Shown here: positions 1 to 8,307 of the stretch, one piece after another
Layout of the letters: each line of letters opens with the position of its first letter
How positions within the stretch are numbered: position 1 is the first letter of the stretch
NCBI GenBank assembly: GCA_038153405.1
Contig: JAYOYH010000034.1
Location: forward strand, 9,092 to 49,048
Origin: Gemmatimonadota bacterium
GTDB lineage: Bacteria; Latescibacterota; UBA2968; UBA8231
Direction of reading: 5' to 3'
DNA length: 39,957 bases
Position numbers and translations under genes: made by a program
Notes under the pieces: generated by a model
Seen by the model: the letters and a program-made list of their open reading frames with translations, nothing else
Databases searched by the model: none
What the model was told of the DNA's origin: nothing

Positions 1-55
1 AACCGATCAGACAACCGATCAGACAACCGACCAGACAACCGATCAGACAACCGAT
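1..55 (+). repeat. 12-bp tandem repeat (ACAACCGATCAG)n encoding a (TTDQ)n linker; runs off the window start
   Basis: About 4.5 direct copies, one with GAC for GAT and no spacers. In frame with the downstream CDS. Confidence 0.9.
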
Positions 56-1825
56 TTCTACACACCCCAACCGCTAGCGGCCATACTCGCTGCCACGCGC
101 CAGGTCACCTGGACGCCGCACAGCGGCTCGCTGACCAACTTAGCGCACCTCTCGTTGGGCATTGCCGGCACGCAGGACGTATTGCGCATCGACGACCAAA
201 GCAGAGATTTCGCTAGCACCGTTGAAGTGGCTAGCGCCATGGCGGCCACGACCGTACACAGCAACGACGCGCTGCTTCGAGCCACGTTCAAACTCATTGA
301 GGTCGGCATCGATACCTACATGCTCGTCTCGGCCAAGCACGCCAATTACGCCGTGGACGTTGCCGATCTGAACGGCGCGCGGACGCTGGTGCTGCGCGAC
401 TATCGCAGCTTTTATATGGAGTCCTCTACGGCGGCATTCCTAACCTTCCGCTTTGTATCTACCGGCAGCACAATATCGGTCACCGCCGATGCGCGCCACG
501 TATACAACGCCACTACGCGCGCGTTTATCGCCGATCCTTCTTGGACGGCACTCAACGTCGCCGTCCAAACGGGTCGAGCTGTACTGACAGCCGACCAAGG
601 CACGCCCTTTACCGCATTTGCTCTCTACATGCCCACGCTGTCGCTAGACATTCCATTCGACTTCAACCCCACTCGGGTCGCCCGCGTAAGCAACGGCGAG
701 TACGCGGCGACATGGGACGGGACGGATCGCATAGAAGCGACCATCAGAGACGTAGCTGAGGCCTACAGAGCCCAAGTTTCTGCGGCCGGACCGGACGGTG
801 CCACATCAGCAGCAGCGGAGACCATGCTAGCGGAGATTGAATCGACGCTAGCGGCCGAAGGGGCAGCACTGCGCTACCCCGCAGCGCTCTACAAGACGGT
901 GCGCGCCAGTCTACTAGCTCGAAAGGTGGAAGTGTCGGATGTGTATAATGCACCCATCGGCTCAAGGACAGTACCCTACGTCTTCTTCACCAACGAACAA
1001 GGATCGGACGGACGACATCATCCCTTTATGGTGATTGCTAGCTATGGGCTGACCGAGGGCATGAACCACCTGTGGGACGTTCCGCGCCCGCCCGGAGACG
1101 GTGCGCCGGGTACGACGTATGCTGAGCAGCAGGTGACGCGCAGCGCAGGCCGCCAAGCCTACTTCGCCAAAATTCCCCTGCGCGACTACGGCGAAGTGGA
1201 GACGCTGACGGAAAACAGCATGGTCAACGACCTGGCTTCCGATGCACCGGGATCCGTCCAGCGGGACCACTACAACTACGCTAGTATCTCGGCAACGGGA
1301 ATAGCCGTCGATGGAGTCGTCGTGTATCCGATCCTCAACAATACACTGAGCATAACGGCAGCGGCAGGAGAATTGTCCAGCGTGGGTATTCACTCGGGCC
1401 GAGGGCTGGGCGTGCACTATCACGCCGACGCACACAGTGCGACCCAAAGCGGCCTGAACCTGTATAACGAATCCGACTACGCGGGACGTGCGCACCCACC
1501 CCTCATCACAATGGGGTTTGACGGCGTGTCAGGGTACGGAAAATACCTAGACGGCGATACCACCAGTCACGGCAGCACGACGGCCCTCGATGCCTGGGGC
1601 GGCCATGGACACGGCGACTACGATTACCACTACCACGCCGAGACGGCCCAACGCACTGCAGAGATCAAGGGACCGAACGGCGGCAGCGTTGAGTATGTCG
1701 CCCACATGCTGCCTTCGCGCGGCGCGTGGCGGGGGCGCATAAACGACATCCCCGATTTTTGGGACCGAGATGCACCGGCGTACGGGGGCCAGCCCGGAAT
1801 CTATCAAGGCATCACTAAGCGATGA
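2..1825 (+). CDS. YHYH-domain-like protein, 5'-partial (N-terminus lies outside the window)
   Basis: The frame of the 155..1825 ORF is open from base 2 (TDQTTDQ...FYTPQPLAA...). The C-terminal region has the YHYH-family layout GIAVDGVVVYP...GVHYHAD...HPPLITMGFDGVSGYG...LDAWGGHGHGDYDYHYH. Confidence 0.7.
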   Translation, partial: TDQTTDQTTDQTTDQTTDFYTPQPLAAILAATRQVTWTPHSGSLTNLAHLSLGIAGTQDVLRIDDQSRDFASTVEVASAMAATTVHSNDALLRATFKLIEVGIDTYMLVSAKHANYAVDVADLNGARTLVLRDYRSFYMESSTAAFLTFRFVSTGSTISVTADARHVYNATTRAFIADPSWTALNVAVQTGRAVLTADQGTPFTAFALYMPTLSLDIPFDFNPTRVARVSNGEYAATWDGTDRIEATIRDVAEAYRAQVSAAGPDGATSAAAETMLAEIESTLAAEGAALRYPAALYKTVRASLLARKVEVSDVYNAPIGSRTVPYVFFTNEQGSDGRHHPFMVIASYGLTEGMNHLWDVPRPPGDGAPGTTYAEQQVTRSAGRQAYFAKIPLRDYGEVETLTENSMVNDLASDAPGSVQRDHYNYASISATGIAVDGVVVYPILNNTLSITAAAGELSSVGIHSGRGLGVHYHADAHSATQSGLNLYNESDYAGRAHPPLITMGFDGVSGYGKYLDGDTTSHGSTTALDAWGGHGHGDYDYHYHAETAQRTAEIKGPNGGSVEYVAHMLPSRGAWRGRINDIPDFWDRDAPAYGGQPGIYQGITKR

Positions 1826-1841
1826 TGTAGTCGACTGCAGG

Positions 1842-4217
1842 CTACCGCACGAGTAACAGCTTCTGCGTGCGGACCTGCAGTCCTTCCGCTTGGCGGAGCC
1901 CGCGTCCGGTTACGCGCAATTGGCAAATGTACACGCCCGAAGCTACGTCGTTGCCGCGCTCGTCACGGCCATCCCAGTGAACCTGATAATCTCCCGCGCG
2001 GCGCATGGCGCGCACCAATTTTATTACGCGCTGACCGGTCGCATTAAAAACATCGATCGATACTTGCAGATCGGCAGGAACAGAATAGCGAATGAGCGTG
2101 CCGCTGTTAAACGGGTTGGGCACGCTGGGTTTGAGTTGCAGGACGTTGGGTACACCGCTCGTTGTCTCTGTAACAGCCGTAATAACTTCGCCGCCTACGA
2201 GCCGTATTTCGTCTAAGTAGAATCGCCCGGAAAAATTACCCGAGAAACTAATTTCTCCGAGCCTTTCTACCTGCTGGAAAGCACCCAGGGGAATATCCAC
2301 TTCCTGCCAGCCGACTTTTGCTGTATCGACGAGTCCGCCACGGAACAGATCGTAGAGCGTCTCTCCCATGTAGATGGAAAACGTCGGCGCCTTTTGACGG
2401 GGATGGAATATGCGGTCTAAATTGACGGCAAAGCGCAGGCGCTCATAGCCCACCGTTTCGAGCGTTTCTGCCGGGCGAAAGCGCACGACCCAATCCCAAT
2501 CGCCGTCCATGACGCGGAAAGCGGCCGAGCGCTCGCCGCCAAATACGATGCCGTCCTCACCCAGATCGGCGGGCAACTTTTCCAACCACGTTTTGTTTTC
2601 AACGCGCCATCCCTCGCCCAGCACATCGTCAAAAACAACGCGATCGGCCAAGCGTTGGGGCGGCATCACGACCAGCGTATGGGGATAGCGAATCTCGTGC
2701 TCGTTGCCGCCGTCGCCCTGTTTTACACGAACGGAAACCGTCTTTACGCCGCCGACAACGCCTGCATTTAACGAAGTCGTAAGTGCGTATTCGCCCTCGC
2801 CTACGCGCGCGAGAGGCGCTGCGTTGGAACCGCCAAATGCGCTGAGGTCGGCCACGACTTCAGGCGGATTTCCGCCGGGGAGTGCCCGCTCTATTCCCAC
2901 AGTGACTCTGAGGCGGAATTCGGATCCCGCATAGACTGAGTCGGCTACTTCGAATTGGGCTCTTGCCACTAGGGGGCTGTGGTCAATGCGAAAAATGGCG
3001 TGCACGTTCAGGTCGCTCGATACGTACATGCGCCCAGCGCTATCCGTTGTAATACCTACGGGAAATCCCCACACGTCTTCCATTTCCGTGCCGGTTTGAA
3101 ATCCCGTTACAAAGTCTTCTCTGTATGCTTCGGAACCATCGGGTTTGCTAAATAATGCCACGACCTTGTAGCCGGGCGAAGGCGCCAGCTTGGCGTGGCC
3201 CGCATGCAGCGCTACGAACGCTGCCGACCTATAGCGGGCTGGAAATAAATTGCCCTCATAAAAGTGAATACCCATCGGTGCAGTGTGGGCCGGCAGCAGG
3301 GCGACGGGCCGTTCCATGCGCTCGACGAGCAGTGAGTCCTCGCGAGAAAGCGGCAGATTGTTGGCGTATTCGGGGATCGTAAAGTCGATGTAGGACCTGT
3401 AGCCATAGGCCAGCGGAACGCCGTAAAACCCGCCCTCGCGGATAATATCAACCCACTCCGGCGGGATGCCGGTGCCCTCTTTGTCGTGTCCGTTGTTGGT
3501 GCCCCACAGCTGGTTCGTTTCCGGGTGGAGTGCCATACCGATCACATTGCGCACGCCGCTGGCAAAGACGCGTCGGCCGGTGCCATCCATATTAAACTCT
3601 AGGATGACCCCTCGCTCGGGCTCGTCGTAACGGCACATGTCGCAGGGCCATCCCACCGACAGGTAAACCTTGCCGTTCTCCTCGTCTAGGACGATCGTGC
3701 GCGTGGAGTGGCTGCCGCTTGATGGAATATTATCGGCAAAGACCTCCCGCTGGCGATAGGTTCCATCGCCGTCGATATCTCGGTAGCGAACGATTTGGTG
3801 GCGATCGCCTACGAACATCGCGTCTCCCATAAACGCCAGACTGTGAGCGCGCTGAAACCCATCGGCAACCGTTATTGCGGCATCGGCCACGCCGTTGGCG
3901 TCGGCATCCGGCAGGGCGACAATGCGGCGGTTGTTCATATCGGCAACGTGCAGAACACCGCGCGCGTCAAAAGCCATCAGGCGCGGACGGTTAAAGTCGT
4001 GCGCCGAAAAGACGCTGGCCGAAAAGCCCGGCGGCAGGTTTAGAGTCAGGTCCCGGGGCAGGTGGTCAAACTCCGGTGGAACCTGCACGCTGACCGGTTG
4101 CAACATTGTCTCCCGTTTCGGCGTGAGGGCAAACGTGCCCGAACCATACGCCGGCTGCGCTGCAACCGGCGCGCTTGCGACCATTAGCCACGCGATAGCA
4201 AGAATGTATTTCATCAT
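1842..4217 (-). CDS. Secreted PQQ-dependent glucose/sorbosone dehydrogenase-like beta-propeller + Ig-like + CBM-like domain + FlgD-Ig/T9SS type A-like C-terminal domain
   Basis: Signal peptide MMKYILAIAWLMVASAPVAAQ with a GGGAGA RBS before ATG 4217. GSDH motifs LPPGFSASVF, HSTRTI, SVGWPCDMC, GVRNVIG, PAHTAPMG and GFPVGI. C-terminal PNPFN...WDGRDERG...SGVY...QKLLLVR. Confidence 0.8.
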   Translation of the reverse strand: MMKYILAIAWLMVASAPVAAQPAYGSGTFALTPKRETMLQPVSVQVPPEFDHLPRDLTLNLPPGFSASVFSAHDFNRPRLMAFDARGVLHVADMNNRRIVALPDADANGVADAAITVADGFQRAHSLAFMGDAMFVGDRHQIVRYRDIDGDGTYRQREVFADNIPSSGSHSTRTIVLDEENGKVYLSVGWPCDMCRYDEPERGVILEFNMDGTGRRVFASGVRNVIGMALHPETNQLWGTNNGHDKEGTGIPPEWVDIIREGGFYGVPLAYGYRSYIDFTIPEYANNLPLSREDSLLVERMERPVALLPAHTAPMGIHFYEGNLFPARYRSAAFVALHAGHAKLAPSPGYKVVALFSKPDGSEAYREDFVTGFQTGTEMEDVWGFPVGITTDSAGRMYVSSDLNVHAIFRIDHSPLVARAQFEVADSVYAGSEFRLRVTVGIERALPGGNPPEVVADLSAFGGSNAAPLARVGEGEYALTTSLNAGVVGGVKTVSVRVKQGDGGNEHEIRYPHTLVVMPPQRLADRVVFDDVLGEGWRVENKTWLEKLPADLGEDGIVFGGERSAAFRVMDGDWDWVVRFRPAETLETVGYERLRFAVNLDRIFHPRQKAPTFSIYMGETLYDLFRGGLVDTAKVGWQEVDIPLGAFQQVERLGEISFSGNFSGRFYLDEIRLVGGEVITAVTETTSGVPNVLQLKPSVPNPFNSGTLIRYSVPADLQVSIDVFNATGQRVIKLVRAMRRAGDYQVHWDGRDERGNDVASGVYICQLRVTGRGLRQAEGLQVRTQKLLLVR

Positions 4218-4376
4218 AGTGCGTTCTCCCCGTGTCTGGTGCACGTGCTTTCTCAGGTGACAATCCGTTTTTTTGGGCTTCTTTGCGTTCGACTTTTATC
4301 CGTTCTATTTTCCCACGCCTCTTTCGCCTGCCCGCTCGTCGTATGCATCTCGTATTTAAAGACGCACTTCACCGCG

Positions 4377-4405
4377 TTGCCGGGTCTTCCGTTGCCCCGT
4401 ATATT
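4377..4405 (+). promoter_or_regulatory. Putative sigma70 promoter for the ABC operon
   Basis: TTGCCG (4377-4382), 17-nt spacer, TATATT (4400-4405), upstream of the binding-protein start at 4463. Confidence 0.45.
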
Positions 4406-4462
4406 GCGTAGAATATGCTCACACTCCGATCCCACTGCGCTGCGCACACCCGTTGTACTCGC

Positions 4463-5728
4463 ATGTTCCGCAACATAGCCATACTCCTCTTTTGCTTGAG
4501 CTGTTTCAGCTGTGCCGCCTCCGAGACCGACACGAGCAAAGAGATCACCATTGAGTTTTGGACCATTGCGCTGGGCGATGCCTTTGCGGGCTACATCAAC
4601 GGCATGATCCAGACCTATGAGACTGAAAACCCCGGAGTGCGAATTAAATGGGTGGACGTAAGCGGCGGCGAAGTTTCGGAAAAACTCCTTGCTGCGCTGG
4701 TGGGAAAAACCCCTCCCGACGTCGTAAACCTTTACGATCTACCCCGGTTTCTTCAGTTCGGCGTTCTTGCCGATATGGATTCCCTCGTTTCGATAGAAGA
4801 GCGCGACAAGCGGTTTGAAATCTTCTGGCGCGGCATCGGTCAGTACCAAGGGCGCAACTACGTGATTCCCTGGTACACGGGTGTCTCCATGCTGTGGTAT
4901 AATACATCGCTCTTTGAGCGCGCAGGCCTCGATCCCGACCAGCCTCCCACTACGATAGATGAAATGCTGGCAATGGGCCAGCAAATCTACGAGCAAACGG
5001 GAAAATACGGTGTTTCCTGGCGCTTGCATCCTTCGCTGGGGACCCCGCCGTGGGCCCTCCTGCACATAGACGGCTTTTGGCCGCTGTTCAACGAGGATCG
5101 CAGCAAGACGCGAATCAACGACCCGGCCGCTGCCGCCATACTGCAAAAGTGGGTCAACGCATATCAAAACGGCACCATACCGCCCGAAGCGCTGGCCGCG
5201 TCGCATCGCGATGACGTGAACTGGTTTATCGAAGGACGCGCGGCGATGTTCCCGTTTTCCGGCGGGTGGATTACGCGTTACTTCGACCAGTCTTTCGAAC
5301 AGGTCGCTCGGCCTGCGGCCCAGCCGCGCGGGCGCTCGGGGCGCATTCCCGCCAATAGTCAGGCCATCGTCGTGCCCAGGATGTCCGCTCACGTCGAGCG
5401 CGCCGTCGACTTTGCCCTATTTATAACCAACGATGCCAACCAGCTTGAGTTTTGCCGCCAGGTGGCCATATTACCCTCGACTAAGGATGCGGCGGCGCAT
5501 CCCTATTTTCAACGCGAGCCCGTCACGCTGGCAGACCGGGCCAACCTATTCTCGTATGAAGACATCGACAATTCCTTTGTCGTGACGCCGCCCGATGTGA
5601 TTGGGTGGAGCCGCATGGAAGACGTGCTGTATGAGGAATTTGCCAAGGCCATGGCGGGAAAACAGAGCATCGAAAGCGCCCTTCAGCGCGTAGAGCGCAA
5701 GTGGAACCACCTGCTGACGTATCAGTAA
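4463..5728 (+). CDS. Sugar ABC transporter substrate-binding lipoprotein (CUT1 family)
   Basis: Lipoprotein-like signal MFRNIAILLFCLSCFSC. Motifs ITIEFWT, ENPGVRIKW, PPDVV, YVIPWY, LWYNTSLFERAGLDP..PPTT and FIEGRAAM. Followed by two permeases. The ORF track starts at 4415, but 4463 fits the signal peptide. Confidence 0.9.
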   Translation: MFRNIAILLFCLSCFSCAASETDTSKEITIEFWTIALGDAFAGYINGMIQTYETENPGVRIKWVDVSGGEVSEKLLAALVGKTPPDVVNLYDLPRFLQFGVLADMDSLVSIEERDKRFEIFWRGIGQYQGRNYVIPWYTGVSMLWYNTSLFERAGLDPDQPPTTIDEMLAMGQQIYEQTGKYGVSWRLHPSLGTPPWALLHIDGFWPLFNEDRSKTRINDPAAAAILQKWVNAYQNGTIPPEALAASHRDDVNWFIEGRAAMFPFSGGWITRYFDQSFEQVARPAAQPRGRSGRIPANSQAIVVPRMSAHVERAVDFALFITNDANQLEFCRQVAILPSTKDAAAHPYFQREPVTLADRANLFSYEDIDNSFVVTPPDVIGWSRMEDVLYEEFAKAMAGKQSIESALQRVERKWNHLLTYQ

Positions 5729-5746
5729 GTATGAGGTCAACGCTGC

Positions 5747-6682
5747 GTGTATAACCGACATTCTCCCTACGTATTCATGGCACCTGGCCTCCTGCTCTTG
5801 GCCGTGTTTTTTGCCTATCCACTCGTCGATACCTTCTGGCTCAGTCTGCACAAGTACAATCTCTTCAATACGCCAGAGTACATAGGTCTCGACAACTTTC
5901 GGCGCGCCATGGACGACGAGTTGTTCTGGCGCGTCCTCGCCAATACACTGCTCTACGCGCTGATCGTAGTCCCTTCCATCACCGTTATTTCCTTCGTCCT
6001 CGCCCTATTGGTTAACAGTTCTATACGCGGCATTCACTTCTTTCGCACGGCGTACTACATTCCGGTAGTAACCTCGATCGTGGTCGCGGGCATCGTGTGG
6101 AAGTGGGTATACAACGCCGACGGCCTGCTCAACGCAACGCTGCAAGGCCTGGGACTAAGCGGGACGTCGTGGCTCGTCGATACGCGCGGCTTGCCTAGCG
6201 TCATCTTGAGCGCCTTCGGCTTCGAGACCGATGCGCTCTGGGCCTCTGAGCCAGCGATCGCTCTGGTCGCCATCGCCGTAGTAACGCTGTGGAAGGCTTC
6301 GCCCTATTACATGATCATCTACTTGGCTGGTCTGCAGGGCATTCCCAAGGAGTTAGAAGAGGCCGCCCAAGTGGATGGCGCCAATCGGTGGAACGTCATC
6401 CGGCACGTGACGCTGCCGGCGGTTCGTCCCTACACGCTCGTCGTATGCATTATGGCCACCATTGCCTCGCTGAGGACGTTTGGTGAAGTATACGTCATGA
6501 CGGGGGGCGGACCCTTTCACCGCACGAACCTGCTTTCCTATTACATCTATACCCTCGGGTTTAAATACCTCGAAGTTGGCTATGCGGCCGCCGTTTCTCT
6601 CCTGTTGCTCTGCATTATCCTGCTGCTATCGTACGTCAATTTTCGCTTTGCAGGAGGCGATCTAGACGGGGATCGCCAATGA
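5747..6682 (+). CDS. Carbohydrate ABC transporter permease (MalF/UgpA-like)
   Basis: Multiple TM segments, YIGLDNF, RTAYYIPVV, and EAA loop LAGLQGIPKELEEAAQVDGAN. Confidence 0.92.
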   Translation: MYNRHSPYVFMAPGLLLLAVFFAYPLVDTFWLSLHKYNLFNTPEYIGLDNFRRAMDDELFWRVLANTLLYALIVVPSITVISFVLALLVNSSIRGIHFFRTAYYIPVVTSIVVAGIVWKWVYNADGLLNATLQGLGLSGTSWLVDTRGLPSVILSAFGFETDALWASEPAIALVAIAVVTLWKASPYYMIIYLAGLQGIPKELEEAAQVDGANRWNVIRHVTLPAVRPYTLVVCIMATIASLRTFGEVYVMTGGGPFHRTNLLSYYIYTLGFKYLEVGYAAAVSLLLLCIILLLSYVNFRFAGGDLDGDRQ

Positions 6683-7506
6683 ATAACCGAACGGTTCAGC
6701 TCGTCCTGCTGTACTGTGCACTGCTCGGTATTGCCGTACTACTACTAGCCCCCTTTGCGTGGCTTCTGTCGACGGCGCTCAAGGCAGAGTCGGCCGACCT
6801 ATTCGCCTTTCCTCCTCAGTGGATTCCCGACCCCATCGTGTGGAGCAACTTTGCCAAGGCGTGGGATATACTGCCCTTTATGCGCTACTTGCTCAACACC
6901 TTTTACATCGCCATTGCCACGGTTGCTATCAACGTGCTGCTCTCATCAATGACGGGCTTTGCCCTGGCCCGCATGCACTTTCCCGGCCGCCAGTTTATTC
7001 TCTACGCCGTTCTCGCAACCACTATGGTGCCTTTCCAGGTGCTGTTAATTCCCCTGTTTATCGTCACCCTAAAGCTCGGCCTAGTCGATTCCTATGCCGG
7101 CGTTATTTTACCCGTCGCCGTAAATGCCTTTGGCATTTTCCTGCTTCGCCAAGCTTTTTCGACCATTCCCAAAGATCTCGAAGACGCCGCCCGCATCGAC
7201 GGCTGCTCCGACTGGCACATTTTTTCTCGCATTATGGTCCCGCTTGTCAAACCCGCGCTGGCAACGCTGGCCGCCTTTACCTTTGTCGCGCAGTGGAACG
7301 ATTTTATATGGCCGCTGATCGTGTTGAAAAACCGCGACCTCTACACGCTACAGCTCGGGCTGGCCAGCCTGCAGGGCGTCTTTGGCGTGAACTGGCGCTA
7401 CATCTCTGCCGCTTCGATTATCGCACTCGTTCCAACGGTGCTTTTCTTTCTCCTTACCCAGCGCTTCTTCACCAAAGGCATGACGGCGGGAGCCGTGAAA
7501 GGATAG
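6679..7506 (+). CDS. Carbohydrate ABC transporter permease (MalG/UgpE-like)
   Basis: EAA loop IPKDLEDAARIDGCS, WNDFIWPL and C-terminal QRFFTKGMTAGAVKG. ATGA overlap with the upstream permease. Confidence 0.92.
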   Translation: MNNRTVQLVLLYCALLGIAVLLLAPFAWLLSTALKAESADLFAFPPQWIPDPIVWSNFAKAWDILPFMRYLLNTFYIAIATVAINVLLSSMTGFALARMHFPGRQFILYAVLATTMVPFQVLLIPLFIVTLKLGLVDSYAGVILPVAVNAFGIFLLRQAFSTIPKDLEDAARIDGCSDWHIFSRIMVPLVKPALATLAAFTFVAQWNDFIWPLIVLKNRDLYTLQLGLASLQGVFGVNWRYISAASIIALVPTVLFFLLTQRFFTKGMTAGAVKG

Positions 7507-7513
7507 CGCCCGC

Positions 7514-8284
7514 ATGCATCTACCGGACCCTACGCGCGCGGCGATGCGCATCGCCCGCGCCGCGTTGCTCTGCCTGTTTTTATCCAACACAACGCCATTT
7601 GCCCAAACGGAATTCCCGCTGCCTATATACGAAATATATTCGGTAAACGACTCGATTTTCGTCGATGGTTTACCGACGGAGCCGGCCTGGCAGCAAGCAC
7701 CCGTTATCGACGAATTTTCCTACCCCTGGTTTGAAGGCGGAGAGAAAGAGCGGACGGAAGTGCGGATGCTGTGGGACCGCTCTTACCTATACGTTTTCTT
7801 TACGGCCTACGACGCGTTTATATCTTCCCATCTCACGCAGCGCGACGATCCCGTTTCCAGGGACGACTGCGTCGAGGTCTTTATCGCGCCGGATACGGCA
7901 CGCGTCGAAAACTATTTTAACTTTGAGTTCAACGCGATCACGACCATACTCGACCGCTCGCCCCATATGGAGCGCAGCAGTAGCTGGAACGCCGACGGCA
8001 TCAAGGTGGCCAACCACATTGCGGGCACGCTAAACGACTCGTCTGACGTGGACGACTACTGGACGATCGAAGTAGCCATACCGCTATCCGTGTTCGAGCC
8101 CTTTGCGCCGGATAGCCCACCCAAACAGGGCCAGTCGTGGCGCCTCAACCTCTACAGGACCGGCGGCGACATCAACCTCCAGTACGCGACGTGGTCGAAT
8201 ACTCTGCGGCCTAAGCCACAGTTTCACGCTCCGGATCGCTTTGGCATTGTAACCTTCTCAACGACACCCGTTGACCTGCGTTAG
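7514..8284 (+). CDS. Secreted carbohydrate-binding family 9-like (CBM9/DOMON-like) protein
   Basis: Signal peptide. Motifs VDGLPTEPAWQQA, TEVRMLWDRSYLY, DDCVEVFI, YFNFEFN, WTIEVAIP, WRLNLYR and FHAPDRFG. Alternative start at 7544. Confidence 0.8.
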   Translation: MHLPDPTRAAMRIARAALLCLFLSNTTPFAQTEFPLPIYEIYSVNDSIFVDGLPTEPAWQQAPVIDEFSYPWFEGGEKERTEVRMLWDRSYLYVFFTAYDAFISSHLTQRDDPVSRDDCVEVFIAPDTARVENYFNFEFNAITTILDRSPHMERSSSWNADGIKVANHIAGTLNDSSDVDDYWTIEVAIPLSVFEPFAPDSPPKQGQSWRLNLYRTGGDINLQYATWSNTLRPKPQFHAPDRFGIVTFSTTPVDLR

Positions 8285-8307
8285 TCTACCCGTATCCAGC
8301 ATAAACC

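Noticed and set aside
1..55. Direct repeats as a CRISPR array or replication iterons
   Set aside because: The 12-bp units are contiguous with no spacers, lie in frame within a CDS, and no cas or rep genes are present.
6759..7646. Long alternative-frame ORFs (also 4739-5392, 21046-21903, 32629-33429, 33817-34470)
   Set aside because: They lie over well-supported genes and have the Arg/Ala/Pro-rich or antisense-shadow composition expected in GC-rich DNA.
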